Positions 11,475-22,455 of a DNA stretch of 50,029 bases are shown here, one piece after another. The stretch is from the NCBI GenBank assembly GCA_003644405.1, contig QNCE01000002.1, forward strand, positions 1-50,029. Direction: 5' to 3'. The stretch is from Candidatus Omnitrophota bacterium. Lineage in GTDB: Bacteria; Omnitrophota; Gorgyraeia; Duberdicusellales; 4484-171. The notes beneath the pieces are model-generated. The model made no database searches and was not told the origin of the DNA. It saw nothing but the letters and a program-made list of their open reading frames with translations. Made by a program: the position numbers and the translations under genes. Positions within the stretch are counted from its first letter, which is position 1, and the number at the start of each line of letters is the position of its first letter.

Positions 11475-13562
11475 GTGAAAGCAATTAAGATAGATATGAA
11501 AGAAAAGGAAAAATTGGAATTTACAAGAAATGTAGGATTTATTGCCCATATTGATGCTGGCAAAACTACAACTACGGAAAGAATTCTTTTTTACAGTGGT
11601 AGAGTTTATAAATTAGGGGAAGTTGACGAAGGCACAGCTACTACTGATTGGATGCCTCAAGAGAAAGAGAGAGGGATTACTATTACTAGTGCAGCTACTT
11701 ACTGTAAATGGAGGGATTACCATATAAATATTATCGATACTCCCGGACATATTGATTTTACTGTAGAAGTAGAGCGCGCCTTAAAAGTATTGGATGGGGC
11801 AGTTGTTATCTTCTGCGGTGTGGGAGGAGTAGAACCCCAATCAGAAACGGTATGGCGTCAAGCAGACAAGTATAAAGTAGCTAGAATTGCTTTCGTAAAT
11901 AAGATGGATAGAGTAGGAGCAGATTTTTTTAAAGTGGTAGAAGAAATTCAAGAAAAATTAGGAGCAACTCCTGTGGCAGTTCAACTTCCTCTTTATGAAG
12001 AAGAGGAATTTAAAGGGATTATCGACTTAATAAAGATGAAAGCAATCTACTACAGCGATGAGTTAGGGATTAATCTCGTATACAAAGAGATACCTCAAGA
12101 AAGTATAGAACTAGCTACCAAATACCGGGATCAGCTAATGGAAAAGTTGGCAGAGTTAGATGATAATTTTATGCACAAGTTTATTGAAGGTAAAGAAATT
12201 TCTGAAGAGGAAATAATTCTTGCTATAAGAAACTACACTATTACTAATAAGATTACTCCTGTATTATGTGGTAGTGCTTTAAAGAATAAAGGAATTCAAC
12301 TACTTTTAGATGCTATATGTAATTGGCTCCCTTCTCCCAAAGACTTAAAGATAGTAAAAGGGTTTACTCCTGATGGTGAGGAATTCGAGGAGAGAGAAAT
12401 TTCTAGTGATGCTCCCTTTTGTGCACTATGCTTTAAAATATTTACTGATCCTTTTGTGGGTAAGTTATTTTATACACGTATTTATGCAGGAAAAGTAAGT
12501 GTAGGTGAGGAAGTTTTTAATGTTCCTAAAAAAGTTAAAGAGAAAATAAATAAAATAGTAAGAATGCATGCTAACAAGCAAGAAATTATCAAAAGTGCAA
12601 ATGCGGGAGACATCGTATGCTTAGTAGGATTAAAAGAAACTGTAACGGGAGATACTCTCACCGATCCTGAATATCCTATCTTGTTAGAGGAAATGCATTT
12701 TCCTGAACCTGTGGTATCCTTAGCTATTGAGCCTAAAACTAAGCAAGACCAAGAGAAATTGCTGACTGCCTTAAGAAAACTGGCCGATGAAGACCCTTCT
12801 TTTAGGTTTACCTATAATCGAGAGACTGGTCAGAACATAATCTCAGGAATGGGGCAACTCCATCTGGAAGTAGTGGTAGAAAGACTTTTGCGGGATTTTA
12901 ATGTAAAGGCAAAAATAGGCAGACCTTGCGTAGCTTATAAAGAGACGATATCTCGACACACAGAAGCGGTAGGAAAATTTATTCAACAAACCGGAGGAAG
13001 AGGTCAATACGGACACGTAGTAATAGTTATGGCTCCTAATCAAAAAGGAAGGGGAATTACTTTTGAAAGCAAACTTAAAGGAGGAGTAATTCCTAGAGAG
13101 TTTATACCATCTGTGAAAGAAGGTATCATGGAAGCAGCGGAGGCAGGAATTTTAGGAGGTTATCCAGTTACTGATATTAAGGTTACTTTGGTAGATGGTT
13201 CATATCATGAAGTAGATTCTAGTGAGTTAGCTTTTAAAATCGCTGCCGAAATTGCCTTTAAAGAAGGATTAAGAAAGGGGGGGCCTATCCTTTTAGAACC
13301 AATAATGGGGATAGAGGTGGTTACTCCTGAAGCTTATTTAAGCCAAGTAATCGCTGATTTAAACTCCCGTAGAGCTAGAATAACTTCTATCTCTGAAAGA
13401 AGAAATGTTAAGATAGTGAGAGCAGAAGTACCTTTGGGAGAAATTTTTGACTATGTAGATGTATTAAGAAACTTGACACAAGGAAGGGCTTCTTATACAA
13501 TAGAGCCTTTGTATTACGAGAAAGTTCCTGATCAAATAATGGCAAAAATTTTAGGAAAATAA
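11475..13562 (+). CDS. fusA: Elongation factor G
   Basis: 695 aa with the G-domain motifs AHIDAGKTT and DTPGH. GTG start preceded by GAGG; an alternative ATG lies at 11496. Confidence 0.96.
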   Translation: MKAIKIDMKEKEKLEFTRNVGFIAHIDAGKTTTTERILFYSGRVYKLGEVDEGTATTDWMPQEKERGITITSAATYCKWRDYHINIIDTPGHIDFTVEVERALKVLDGAVVIFCGVGGVEPQSETVWRQADKYKVARIAFVNKMDRVGADFFKVVEEIQEKLGATPVAVQLPLYEEEEFKGIIDLIKMKAIYYSDELGINLVYKEIPQESIELATKYRDQLMEKLAELDDNFMHKFIEGKEISEEEIILAIRNYTITNKITPVLCGSALKNKGIQLLLDAICNWLPSPKDLKIVKGFTPDGEEFEEREISSDAPFCALCFKIFTDPFVGKLFYTRIYAGKVSVGEEVFNVPKKVKEKINKIVRMHANKQEIIKSANAGDIVCLVGLKETVTGDTLTDPEYPILLEEMHFPEPVVSLAIEPKTKQDQEKLLTALRKLADEDPSFRFTYNRETGQNIISGMGQLHLEVVVERLLRDFNVKAKIGRPCVAYKETISRHTEAVGKFIQQTGGRGQYGHVVIVMAPNQKGRGITFESKLKGGVIPREFIPSVKEGIMEAAEAGILGGYPVTDIKVTLVDGSYHEVDSSELAFKIAAEIAFKEGLRKGGPILLEPIMGIEVVTPEAYLSQVIADLNSRRARITSISERRNVKIVRAEVPLGEIFDYVDVLRNLTQGRASYTIEPLYYEKVPDQIMAKILGK

Positions 13563-13574
13563 AGGAGGTGGAGT

Positions 13575-14777
13575 ATGGGGAAGGAGAAGTTTGTAAGAAC
13601 TAAACCCCACGTAAACATTGGAACCATTGGTCACGTAGACCATGGAAAGACTACTTTGACTTCTGCAGTTACCAAGATTTTGGCTGCTCGAGGAAAAGCT
13701 CAAGCTTTAGCTTATGAGGATATTGATAAGGCCCCTGAAGAAAAGGAAAGAGGACTTACTATCAATATTGCTCATGTAGAGTATGAAACGGATAACCGAC
13801 ACTATGCACATATCGACTGTCCAGGACATGCTGACTACATCAAAAATATGATTACCGGTGCTGCTCAAATGGATGGAGCCATTTTAGTGGTAGCAGCTAC
13901 TGATGGTCCTATGCCTCAAACTCGAGAGCATATTCTTTTAGCTAGACAAGTTAACGTTCCTGCAATTGTAGTGTTTATCAACAAAATAGACCAGATGGAT
14001 GATAAGGAGCTTATCGAGCTGGTAGAGGTAGAGGTAAGAGACCTTCTCTCGAAGTATGAATTTCCTGGAGACAATGTACCAGTAGTAAAAGGTTCAGCAT
14101 TAAAAGCTATGGAATGCGGTTGTGGTAAAGATGATTGCCCAAATTGTAAACCTATCTTGGATTTAATGAAAGAAGTAGATAGCTATATACCTACACCAAA
14201 AAGAGATGTTGATAAACCCTTCCTGATGGCTGTAGAAGATGTATTTTCCATCTCCGGACGTGGTACAGTAGTTACAGGAAGAATTGAAAGAGGGAAAATA
14301 AAAGTAGGTGATGAAGTAGAATTAGTAGGATTATCCCCTGAAACAAGAAAGACAGTAGTTACTGGCGTAGAGATGTTTAGAAAAATTCTTGATGAAGGTG
14401 TGGCTGGAGACAACGTAGGTTTGCTTTTAAGAGGAGTAGAGAAAGAAGATGTTGAACGAGGAATGGTTGTAGCTGCTCCTGGATCAATTACACCTCACAC
14501 TAAGTTTAAAGCTCAGATATACGCTTTAAAGAAGGAAGAAGGAGGTCGGCATACTCCCTTCTTTTCCGGATATCGACCACAATTTTACTTCAGAACTACT
14601 GATGTTACTGGAACAATTAAACTTCCTCAAGGAGTAGAAATGGTTATGCCGGGGGATAATATAGAAATAGAGGTAGAATTAATTCAACCGGTGGCAATTG
14701 AGAAGGAATTAAGATTTGCTATTCGTGAAGGAGGAAGAACTGTAGGTGCGGGAGTGGTAACTCAAATTATAGAATAA
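13575..14777 (+). CDS. tuf: Elongation factor Tu
   Basis: 400 aa with [17 protein letters not shown] and NKID motifs. AGGAGG lies upstream of the start. Confidence 0.98.
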   Translation: MGKEKFVRTKPHVNIGTIGHVDHGKTTLTSAVTKILAARGKAQALAYEDIDKAPEEKERGLTINIAHVEYETDNRHYAHIDCPGHADYIKNMITGAAQMDGAILVVAATDGPMPQTREHILLARQVNVPAIVVFINKIDQMDDKELIELVEVEVRDLLSKYEFPGDNVPVVKGSALKAMECGCGKDDCPNCKPILDLMKEVDSYIPTPKRDVDKPFLMAVEDVFSISGRGTVVTGRIERGKIKVGDEVELVGLSPETRKTVVTGVEMFRKILDEGVAGDNVGLLLRGVEKEDVERGMVVAAPGSITPHTKFKAQIYALKKEEGGRHTPFFSGYRPQFYFRTTDVTGTIKLPQGVEMVMPGDNIEIEVELIQPVAIEKELRFAIREGGRTVGAGVVTQIIE

Positions 14778-14843
14778 TAAACAAACTGATTAACCTTTTT
14801 AAGCACTTAAAAACGAAGTGAGTAGAAAAAGGGTATACTTTTT

Positions 14844-15152
14844 ATGCTGAAATTAAGGATTAAACTAAAAGCTTTTGATCATCGAGTATTGGATCAATCT
14901 ACTCAAGAAATTGTTGAGGTAGCGTTACGTACAGGAGCGAAAGTAAGTGGGCCTATTCCATTACCGACTAAGAAGAAGATATATACAGTAAATAGATCGA
15001 CCAACATTGATAAGAAGTCAAGAGAGCAATTTATTTTAGCAATTCACAAAAGAATTATTGACTTAGATAATCCTACACCTAAAACTATAGATGCTTTACG
15101 GAAATTAAATCTTCCTAGTGGAGTAAATGTAGAAATTAAACAGGAACTTTAA
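14844..15152 (+). CDS. rpsJ: 30S ribosomal protein S10
   Basis: 102 aa, starting [16 protein letters not shown]. Confidence 0.96.
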   Translation: MLKLRIKLKAFDHRVLDQSTQEIVEVALRTGAKVSGPIPLPTKKKIYTVNRSTNIDKKSREQFILAIHKRIIDLDNPTPKTIDALRKLNLPSGVNVEIKQEL

Positions 15153-15154
15153 GG

Positions 15155-15775
15155 ATGATTAAAGAAATTATAGGAAAAAAAATAGGAATGACTCAAATTT
15201 TTGATCAAAAAGGCGAATTGATAGGAGTTAGTGTAGTAGAGGTGCAACCAGTATGCCTTTTAGAAAAAGTTGATTATCTTACAAAGAAAAGGGTAAAGAT
15301 TGGTTGTTTTAAGGTAAACGAAAGGAAGGTTAAAAAACCACAGTTAGGCTATTTTAATAAATTAGGAGTTGGCTGTTATGAAATAATAAAGGAAGTACCT
15401 TACGAAACCAATCAAGAGTTACCTTTAAAAAAAGAGATAGGTGTAGAAATATTCCAAGAAGGAGAATTAGTAGATGTAACAGCAAATACTAAAGGGAGAG
15501 GGTTTCAAGGAGGAGTAAAAAGGCATAACTGGCGAGGTCAACCTCGTAGTCATGGTTCTATGACACATCGTAGGATTGGTTCTGCAGGAGCTTCTACTTA
15601 TCCAGGAAGAATTGTAAAAGGACACCGGATGCCTGGACATATGGGAAATAAAAAATGCACAATAAAGAATTTAGAAATAATTAAGGTGGATAAAGAAAAT
15701 AATCTACTTCTTATAAAAGGTTCCCTCCCTGGAGGGATCAATTCCATTGTCTCTATAAAAAAAGCAAAGAAATGA
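15155..15775 (+). CDS. rplC: 50S ribosomal protein L3
   Basis: 206 aa with GKKIGMTQIF and GRGFQGGVKRHNW. Confidence 0.96.
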   Translation: MIKEIIGKKIGMTQIFDQKGELIGVSVVEVQPVCLLEKVDYLTKKRVKIGCFKVNERKVKKPQLGYFNKLGVGCYEIIKEVPYETNQELPLKKEIGVEIFQEGELVDVTANTKGRGFQGGVKRHNWRGQPRSHGSMTHRRIGSAGASTYPGRIVKGHRMPGHMGNKKCTIKNLEIIKVDKENNLLLIKGSLPGGINSIVSIKKAKK

Positions 15776-16410
15776 AGGAAATTGAAGTATTAAATCAAGA
15801 AGGAGAAAAAATAGGAAATTTCACTTTAGATGAAAAAGTTTTTGATGGTAAAGTAAACATAACTCTTATTCATCAAGCAGTGGTAACTTACTTAGCTAAC
15901 AGAAGGAAAGGTATCGCTTCTACTAAAACTAAAAGTGAAGTAAGAGGTGGGGGAGCCAAACCCTGGCGACAAAAAGGGACAGGGCGTGCTAGGGTAGGTT
16001 CTATTCGTTCTCCTCTTTGGCGAGGAGGAGGAATAATTTTTGGCCCTAAACCCAGAGATTATAGTAAAAAACTTCCTAAAAAGATGAAGATTGGTGCTTT
16101 AAAGAGTGCGCTTAACGCCAAACTAAAAGATAAAGAGATAGTAGTTGTTGATGGGATTAATTTAGAAAACTATAAAACGAAATCGCTTCTTTCTATTTTA
16201 AAAAAACTAAAAATTAATTCTGAAAGAATAAAGCTAGTAGTTCCTACTATAGAGAAAAATTTGAAGTTAGCTTCTAGAAATTTAGAAAAAGTAGAGACAG
16301 AAACTGCTGATAATTTAAATGCCTATACAGCTTTAGACTGTAAAAAAATAATCTTTACTAAACAAGCTTTGGAAAAAATTCAAGAAAGGATAAAGAAATT
16401 TTTATCATGA
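15772..16410 (+). CDS. rplD: 50S ribosomal protein L4
   Basis: 212 aa with RGGGAKPWRQKGTGRAR. Confidence 0.96.
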   Translation: MKEIEVLNQEGEKIGNFTLDEKVFDGKVNITLIHQAVVTYLANRRKGIASTKTKSEVRGGGAKPWRQKGTGRARVGSIRSPLWRGGGIIFGPKPRDYSKKLPKKMKIGALKSALNAKLKDKEIVVVDGINLENYKTKSLLSILKKLKINSERIKLVVPTIEKNLKLASRNLEKVETETADNLNAYTALDCKKIIFTKQALEKIQERIKKFLS

Positions 16411-16688
16411 AAAGTATTTATACTATAATTAAATCGCCATTACTTACAGAGAAAGTCACTAAATTGGGAAAATTTAATAAGTATTCCTTTTGGATAGATA
16501 GAAACGCTAATAAAATAGAAATTAAAAATGCTGTAGAGAAAATTTACAATGTTAAGGTAGAGAAGGTAAATATTATGAATGTTAAAGGAAAAACAAAGAG
16601 AATAAGATGGAATCAAGAGGGAAAAACACCTACTTGGAAGAAGGCAATCGTTACCCTAAAGAGAGGTTATGAAATCAAAATCACTTAA
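16407..16688 (+). CDS. rplW: 50S ribosomal protein L23
   Basis: 93 aa. L23-like sequence in the S10-operon position. Confidence 0.93.
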   Translation: MKSIYTIIKSPLLTEKVTKLGKFNKYSFWIDRNANKIEIKNAVEKIYNVKVEKVNIMNVKGKTKRIRWNQEGKTPTWKKAIVTLKRGYEIKIT

Positions 16689-16702
16689 TACGGGAAGCAG
16701 AT

Positions 16703-17548
16703 ATGGGAATAAAGAAATTTAAACCAGTTACTCCTAGTTTACGGTTTAGGGTAATTTCTGATTTTTCAGAAATTACCAAAAAGAAACCAGAAAAAGCTTT
16801 AACGGTAGCCCTTAAGAAATCTGGAGGAAGAAATAATCATGGAAGAATTACTATAAGAAGAAGAGGAGGAGGGCATAAGCGAAAGTATAGAATTATTGAT
16901 TTTAAAAGAGATAAGTTTGATGTAGAAGGAGAAGTAATTGCTATTGAATATGATCCCAATAGAACTGCTCGTATAGCTTTAGTTGAGTATCCTGATAAGG
17001 AAAAACGATACATAATATGGCCAAACGAACTAAAGGTAGGAGATAAAATTATAAGTAGTTACGATTCCCAAGTTGACATTAAGCCAGGAAATGCAATGAA
17101 ACTAAAACATATTCCTTTAGGAACTATTATTCATAATATAGAGCTAGAACCAGATAAAGGAGCAAAATTAATAAGAAGCGCTGGCAGTTGGGCACAAGTA
17201 ATGGCTAAAGAAAAAGGATTTGTTCATATACGAATGCCTTCAGGAGAAATAAGGTTGATAAGTTTAGAGTGTCGAGCTACAGTTGGTCAGGTGGGTAATA
17301 TCGAACATAGATCCTTCATGCATGGTAAAGCAGGAAGAATTCGATGGTTAGGAAGGCGTCCTAAAGTAAGGGGAGTAGCAATGAACCCAGTAGATCATCC
17401 TCATGGAGGAGGAGAAGGAAAAGCTGGGCAAGGAAACCCTCATCCGGTTACTCCTTGGGGAAAACCTACTAAAGGAAGTAAAACTAGAAAACCAAATAAA
17501 ATAAGTGATAAATACATCATTAAGAGAAGAAGTAAAAAGAAAAAGTAG
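16703..17548 (+). CDS. rplB: 50S ribosomal protein L2
   Basis: 281 aa with GRNNHGRIT and [13 protein letters not shown]. Confidence 0.97.
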   Translation: MGIKKFKPVTPSLRFRVISDFSEITKKKPEKALTVALKKSGGRNNHGRITIRRRGGGHKRKYRIIDFKRDKFDVEGEVIAIEYDPNRTARIALVEYPDKEKRYIIWPNELKVGDKIISSYDSQVDIKPGNAMKLKHIPLGTIIHNIELEPDKGAKLIRSAGSWAQVMAKEKGFVHIRMPSGEIRLISLECRATVGQVGNIEHRSFMHGKAGRIRWLGRRPKVRGVAMNPVDHPHGGGEGKAGQGNPHPVTPWGKPTKGSKTRKPNKISDKYIIKRRSKKKK

Positions 17549-17557
17549 AGGGGAACT

Positions 17558-17845
17558 ATGGGAAGATCATTAAAAAAAGGTCCTTTTGTAGACGAGAAGT
17601 TACTAAAAAAAATTAAAAAGGCAAAAGAAACAGGCGATAGAAAACCTATCAAAACTTGGTCAAGAGCAAGTATGATTACACCTGATTTTGTGGGACTTAC
17701 ATTTGCTGTTCATGATGGGAAAAAACATATACCTGTATTTGTAACTGAGGCAATGGTAGGGTATAGATTAGGGGAATTTGCTCCTACACGAACTTTTCGT
17801 CAACACGGAGGTATAAAGGCAAAGAAGGCGCTTCAGAAAAAGTAA
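17558..17845 (+). CDS. rpsS: 30S ribosomal protein S19
   Basis: 95 aa with [11 protein letters not shown] and FAVHDGKKH. Confidence 0.97.
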   Translation: MGRSLKKGPFVDEKLLKKIKKAKETGDRKPIKTWSRASMITPDFVGLTFAVHDGKKHIPVFVTEAMVGYRLGEFAPTRTFRQHGGIKAKKALQKK

Positions 17846-17846
17846 A

Positions 17847-18206
17847 GTGATGGTAGCAAGAGCCTACATAAAATATTTAAGAATATCTCCCAAAAAGGTA
17901 GCCCCAGTAGCAGAGCTTATTAAAGGTAAAGATATTTTAAAAGCTCAAGGTATCTTACAGAATATGAATAAAAAAGGTGCAAGACTTCTTTACAAAGCTT
18001 TAAATTCTGCTATATACAATGCTAAGAATAAAGGTTTTAAGGAAGAAAAGTTATTTATCTCTAAAGTTGTTACTAACGCTGGGCCAGTACTTAAACGCTG
18101 GCGTGCAGCAAGCTTTGGCAGAGCTACAATGATAAGAAGAAGAACTTCCCATGTTTTGATTGAATTAGATAGTTCAGAAAAAATATTAGAGAAGGTAGGT
18201 AAATAA
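17847..18206 (+). CDS. rplV: 50S ribosomal protein L22
   Basis: 119 aa. L22-like sequence in operon position. GTG at 17847 or ATG at 17850. Confidence 0.93.
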   Translation: MMVARAYIKYLRISPKKVAPVAELIKGKDILKAQGILQNMNKKGARLLYKALNSAIYNAKNKGFKEEKLFISKVVTNAGPVLKRWRAASFGRATMIRRRTSHVLIELDSSEKILEKVGK

Positions 18207-18889
18207 TGGGACAAAAAGTTCATCCCTATATTTTAAGAATAGGCTTTGGTAAAGATTGGTTATCAAAGTGGTTTACGGTTAGAAAGAGAGAATATGCAGA
18301 TTTTTTAGAAGAAGATTTACGAATAAGAGATTTAATAAAGAAAAACTATCCTTTAGGATCTATTGCGAAAATAGTTATAGAACGAATTTCTACTAATGTA
18401 ATTAAGATAAAAATAAGAACTTCTCGACCAGGAATAATTATCGGAAGGCGAGGTCAAGATATAGAAAGAACTAAAGGGGAAATTGCTGAGTTAACAAAGA
18501 AGGAAGTAATAATTGATGTAGAAGAAGTTTTAGAACCCGCTTTGGAGGCACAGCTAATAGCAGAAATAATTGCTTTCCAAATTGTTAAAAGGGTAAATTT
18601 CCGAAGAGCAATGAAAAGAGCTATTCAGCAAGCTGTAAGCTTAGGCTGTCAAGGTATAAAGATTCGCTGCTCGGGACGGTTGGAAGGTGCAGAAATTGCC
18701 CGTAGTGAAGTTTACAAATACGGTAAAGTTCCCTTACAAACATTTAGGGTAGATATTGACTATGGATTTGGCTTAGCGAAAACTACTTATGGCACAATTG
18801 GAGTTAAGGTGTGGATATATAAGGGAGAAAAGAATCTAGGATATTATCTTATAAAGGAGGAACAGGAAAAAGAGGAAGAAGGGAGTTAA
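18206..18889 (+). CDS. rpsC: 30S ribosomal protein S3
   Basis: 227 aa, starts MGQKVHP and contains a KH domain. Confidence 0.97.
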   Translation: MGQKVHPYILRIGFGKDWLSKWFTVRKREYADFLEEDLRIRDLIKKNYPLGSIAKIVIERISTNVIKIKIRTSRPGIIIGRRGQDIERTKGEIAELTKKEVIIDVEEVLEPALEAQLIAEIIAFQIVKRVNFRRAMKRAIQQAVSLGCQGIKIRCSGRLEGAEIARSEVYKYGKVPLQTFRVDIDYGFGLAKTTYGTIGVKVWIYKGEKNLGYYLIKEEQEKEEEGS

Positions 18890-18891
18890 GT

Positions 18892-19302
18892 ATGTTTCTA
18901 CCTAAAAGAGTAAAATATAGAAAAACTCAAAGAGGGAGAAGAAAAGGAATTGCTCAAAGCGGAAATAGAGTAGCTTTTGGTGAATACGGACTTAAAGCCT
19001 TAAGGTGCGGATGGCTCAAAAATACTCAAATTGAAGCAGCAAGAGTAATTTTAACTAGACGTTTACGTCGAGGAGGAAAACTATGGATAAGAATCTTCCC
19101 TGATAAGCCTATAACTAAGAAACCAGCAGAATCACGGATGGGAAAAGGAAAGGGAGAGGTAGAAGGTTGGGTAGCAGTAGTTCGAAGAGGAACGATCCTT
19201 TTTGAATTAGGAGGTGTACCTGAAGAGTATGCTCGAGAGTCTTTTAGATTGGTTGCCTATAAACTCCCTTTTAAGACTCGATTTGTAATAAGAGGGAAAT
19301 GA
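18892..19302 (+). CDS. rplP: 50S ribosomal protein L16
   Basis: 136 aa with [11 protein letters not shown] and RMGKGKG. Confidence 0.97.
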   Translation: MFLPKRVKYRKTQRGRRKGIAQSGNRVAFGEYGLKALRCGWLKNTQIEAARVILTRRLRRGGKLWIRIFPDKPITKKPAESRMGKGKGEVEGWVAVVRRGTILFELGGVPEEYARESFRLVAYKLPFKTRFVIRGK

Positions 19303-19487
19303 AAGCTCAAGAAATTAGAAATTTATCCTTGGAGGAGTTAAAAGATAAATTAGAAGAGTTAAGAAAAAGGCTTATGGAGTTGAATTTTAAGAAAAAGACT
19401 GCACACGTAGAAAAACCTCATCAGTTCAAGCAGATAAAAAAAGATATAGCTAGAATTTTAACTGTAATTAAAGAAAAACAGAAATGA
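19299..19487 (+). CDS. rpmC: 50S ribosomal protein L29
   Basis: 62 aa with the typical L29 helix ([22 protein letters not shown]). Confidence 0.93.
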   Translation: MKAQEIRNLSLEELKDKLEELRKRLMELNFKKKTAHVEKPHQFKQIKKDIARILTVIKEKQK

Positions 19488-19735
19488 AAAATATAAAAAC
19501 AAGAAAAAAAATATTGGAAGGTGTGGTAGTTTCTTCTAAAATGCAGAAGACTATCGTGGTAAAAGTAGAAAGATTATTTCCTCATCCCATTTATAAGAAA
19601 CCAATTAAGAAAATTAAGAAAATTAAAGCGCATGACCCAAATCAGGAAGCTAAAGAAGGAGATAGGGTGAGGATAATAGAATCACGTCCTTACTCTAAGG
19701 AAAAGCAATTCCTTCTTCTCGAAGTAATAAAATGA
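19484..19735 (+). CDS. rpsQ: 30S ribosomal protein S17
   Basis: 83 aa with [14 protein letters not shown]. Confidence 0.95.
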   Translation: MKNIKTRKKILEGVVVSSKMQKTIVVKVERLFPHPIYKKPIKKIKKIKAHDPNQEAKEGDRVRIIESRPYSKEKQFLLLEVIK

Positions 19736-20097
19736 TTTATTTAAGAAGTCGTCTAACTGTAACGGACAACACTGGGGCTAAAGTCGTAGCCTGTATTAAT
19801 GTTATAGGCAAAAAAAATAAAAAGTATGCTGAGGTAGGAGATGTAATTAGTGCTAGTGTGAAAGAAGCTAGTGCTACTACCCAAGTTAAAAAAGGAGAAG
19901 TAGTAAGAGCAGTGGTAGTACGAACTAAAGCGCCTATAAAGAGAAAGGATGGAATTTGTATCAGGTTCGACAATAACGCTTGTGTAATTATTGATAAACA
20001 AGGAAATCCTAAAGGAACGAGAGTTTTTGGTCCTATTGCTAGAGAATTAAGAGAAAATTTTGCTAAAATTTTATCCTTAGCTCCTGAGGTAATATAA
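19732..20097 (+). CDS. rplN: 50S ribosomal protein L14
   Basis: 121 aa with DNTGAK and [13 protein letters not shown]. Confidence 0.97.
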   Translation: MIYLRSRLTVTDNTGAKVVACINVIGKKNKKYAEVGDVISASVKEASATTQVKKGEVVRAVVVRTKAPIKRKDGICIRFDNNACVIIDKQGNPKGTRVFGPIARELRENFAKILSLAPEVI

Positions 20098-20101
20098 AAA
20101 A

Positions 20102-20416
20102 ATGAGCCTAAGAATTAAAAGAGGAGATAAAGTAGTAGTTCTAACAGGTAAAGATAAAGGGAAAACGGGAAAGGTTTTGAAGGTATTTCCCACCGAATAT
20201 AGGGCAATTGTTGAAGGAATAAATTTAGTAAAAAAACATATGCGCCGTCGTCGGGAAGATGAACCTTATGGAATAAAGGAGATCCCTGCTCCTATAAATA
20301 TTTCTAACTTAGCTCTTTTTTGTCCTTACTGTAACAGAGGGGTTCGTTTTGGAGTTAAAGTATTGGAAGATAAAACCAAAGTGAGAATATGCAAAAGGTG
20401 TCAGAAAGAAATTTAG
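20102..20416 (+). CDS. rplX: 50S ribosomal protein L24 (with CxxC...CxxC tail)
   Basis: 104 aa with a KOW motif (KRGDKVVVLTGKDKGKTGKV). Cysteines at residues 74, 77, 97 and 100. Confidence 0.95.
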   Translation: MSLRIKRGDKVVVLTGKDKGKTGKVLKVFPTEYRAIVEGINLVKKHMRRRREDEPYGIKEIPAPINISNLALFCPYCNRGVRFGVKVLEDKTKVRICKRCQKEI

Positions 20417-20967
20417 AAGAAAAATATATTCCTCGGCTTTTAAAATTATATCGAGAGGAAGTTGTCCCTAAGATGATGGAGGAGTTCAAATATAAAAATA
20501 AAATGCAAGTTCCTCGCCTTTTAAAAATTGTAATAAATATGGGAATAGGTGAGGCTACCAGTGACCCCAAATTAGTGGAAAAAGCAGCTGAAGAACTAGC
20601 TCTTATCACTGGACAGAGGCCAAAAGTTACTCGAGCAAGAAAACCGATTTCTAATTTTAAATTAAAAAAAGGTATGGCTATAGGATGTTGTGTTACGTTA
20701 CGAAAGGCTCGGATGTATGAATTTTTAGATAGATTAATTACTACCGCTATTCCTCGAATAAAAGACTTTAGGGGGCTTTCTCCTCATTCGTTTGATGGTA
20801 AGGGTAACTATAATTTCGGTCTTTCTGAGCAAACAGTATTTCCTGAAGTAAATATAGATAAAGTAGAACGCACACAAGGGATGAATATTACTATATGTAC
20901 TTCTAGCAGAAGTAATAAAGAAACTTATACTTTATTAAAATTATTAGGTTTTCCATTTAAGAGGTAA
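20389..20967 (+). CDS. rplE: 50S ribosomal protein L5
   Basis: 192 aa, L5-like (NKMQVPRLLKIVINMGIGEA). The start is uncertain; ATG 20389 overlaps rplX by 28 nt. Confidence 0.93.
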   Translation: MQKVSERNLEEKYIPRLLKLYREEVVPKMMEEFKYKNKMQVPRLLKIVINMGIGEATSDPKLVEKAAEELALITGQRPKVTRARKPISNFKLKKGMAIGCCVTLRKARMYEFLDRLITTAIPRIKDFRGLSPHSFDGKGNYNFGLSEQTVFPEVNIDKVERTQGMNITICTSSRSNKETYTLLKLLGFPFKR

Positions 20968-20970
20968 AAA

Positions 20971-21165
20971 ATGGCAACTAAAGCAAAAATTGAAAAGTGG
21001 AAAAAAGAAAAAATAAAGCCTAAGTATCCTACACGGAGGAGAAACCGTTGCAGGCTATGTGGAAGACCCCGAGGATATATAAGAGATTTTGAACTCTGTA
21101 GGATATGTTTTCGTCAACTTGCTTGGCAAGGATTAATTCCTGGAGTAAAAAAAGCGAGCTGGTAG
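20971..21165 (+). CDS. rpsN: 30S ribosomal protein S14 type Z (zinc form)
   Basis: 64 aa with [20 protein letters not shown]. Confidence 0.95.
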   Translation: MATKAKIEKWKKEKIKPKYPTRRRNRCRLCGRPRGYIRDFELCRICFRQLAWQGLIPGVKKASW

Positions 21166-21166
21166 G

Positions 21167-21562
21167 ATGAGTAGAACCGACCTTTTAGCTGACGCCTTTA
21201 CAATGATAAGGAATGCTGTAAGGGCAAAGAAAGAGGAAGCAATAATTCCTCATTCTAAGATTTTATTAAGAATAATAGAAATTTTAAAGAGCGAAGGGTA
21301 TATAGAAAATTTCAAAGAAATGGACGTACCTCCTCGAAAAATGATAAAGGTTTACCTTAAGTACGATGGGAAAAAAAGTGCTATCAATGATATTCAACGT
21401 ATTTCCAAACCGGGAAGAAGAATCTATGCTAAAAGAAAGAATATCCCTCGTATTTTCCAAGGTTATGGTATAGCAATAATTTCTACCTCTAAGGGGATCC
21501 TTACTGACAAAGAAGCAAGAAAAGAAGGAATAGGGGGAGAGGTTATTGGTTACGTATGGTAA
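21167..21562 (+). CDS. rpsH: 30S ribosomal protein S8
   Basis: 131 aa, S8-like, ending GGEVIGYVW. Confidence 0.96.
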   Translation: MSRTDLLADAFTMIRNAVRAKKEEAIIPHSKILLRIIEILKSEGYIENFKEMDVPPRKMIKVYLKYDGKKSAINDIQRISKPGRRIYAKRKNIPRIFQGYGIAIISTSKGILTDKEARKEGIGGEVIGYVW

Positions 21563-21565
21563 ACT

Positions 21566-22105
21566 ATGTCTAGAATAGGAAGAAAACCTATACTTGTTCC
21601 AGAGAAAGTAAAAATAGAGCTTCAGAATGGTACTATATCTGTGAATGGTCCCAAAGGTAATCTTTCCTTAAAACTCCCTCCTTCTATAAATGTGGAAGTT
21701 AAAGAAAAAGAAATTATTATAAAGAGAGAAGGGGAAGATAAAAAGACTAAGAGTCTTCATGGGACATTCAGAGCCTTGATTAACAATATGGTAATAGGAG
21801 TTACTCAAGGATTTAAAAAAGAGTTAGAGATTGTAGGAATAGGTTATAAGGCACAATTAAAAGGGACTAACTTGGTTCTTCAGTTAGGTTTTTCTCACCC
21901 CGTAGAGGTACCAATACCTAGTGATTTAAAAGTTACTTTAGGAGGAACAAATAAGATTACTATTGAAGGGATAGATAAACAAAAAGTTGGTCAATTTGCT
22001 GCTCAAATAAGAGCTATCTATCCTCCCGAACCCTATAAAGGAAAAGGAATAAGATACGTTCAAGAAATAGTAAGAAAAAAATTAGGTAAAGCAATGGCGA
22101 AATGA
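21566..22105 (+). CDS. rplF: 50S ribosomal protein L6
   Basis: 179 aa, starts MSRIGRKPI, ends PYKGKGIRY... Confidence 0.96.
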   Translation: MSRIGRKPILVPEKVKIELQNGTISVNGPKGNLSLKLPPSINVEVKEKEIIIKREGEDKKTKSLHGTFRALINNMVIGVTQGFKKELEIVGIGYKAQLKGTNLVLQLGFSHPVEVPIPSDLKVTLGGTNKITIEGIDKQKVGQFAAQIRAIYPPEPYKGKGIRYVQEIVRKKLGKAMAK

Positions 22106-22455
22106 AATTAGTTGGGAGAGAAAGAAGACATTTAAGAATCAGAAAAAAAATAAAAGGTACTCACCAAAGGCCAAGAGTAGTGGTATTTAGAAGTAACAAA
22201 CATATTTATGCTCAATTGGTTAACGATGAAGAAAAAAAAGTAATTACCGGGTGTTCTACTTTAAGTAAAGAATTTAAAGAAAAAAAAATAAAATCTAGTA
22301 CAAAGGAAGGAGCAAAAGAAGTAGGTAAGATACTTGCAAAAAAACTTATCGATTTAGGAATAAAAAAGATTTCTTTTGATAGAGCAGGGTTTAAATATCA
22401 TGGAAAAGTAAAAGCTTTAGCCGAAGGATTAAGAGAAGGAGGAATAGAATTCTAA
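22102..22455 (+). CDS. rplR: 50S ribosomal protein L18
   Basis: 117 aa with PRVVVFRSNKHIYAQ and FDRAGFKYHGKVKALAEGLREGG. Confidence 0.96.
   Translation: MKLVGRERRHLRIRKKIKGTHQRPRVVVFRSNKHIYAQLVNDEEKKVITGCSTLSKEFKEKKIKSSTKEGAKEVGKILAKKLIDLGIKKISFDRAGFKYHGKVKALAEGLREGGIEF

Noticed and set aside
11162-11549. ORFs in the rpsG-fusA spacer: 11253-11459 (+, 68 aa), 11162-11398 (-) and 11316-11549 (-).
   Set aside because: None has a Shine-Dalgarno or recognisable protein features. They run through the GC-rich palindromes and overlap rpsG or fusA. The sequence looks structural rather than coding.
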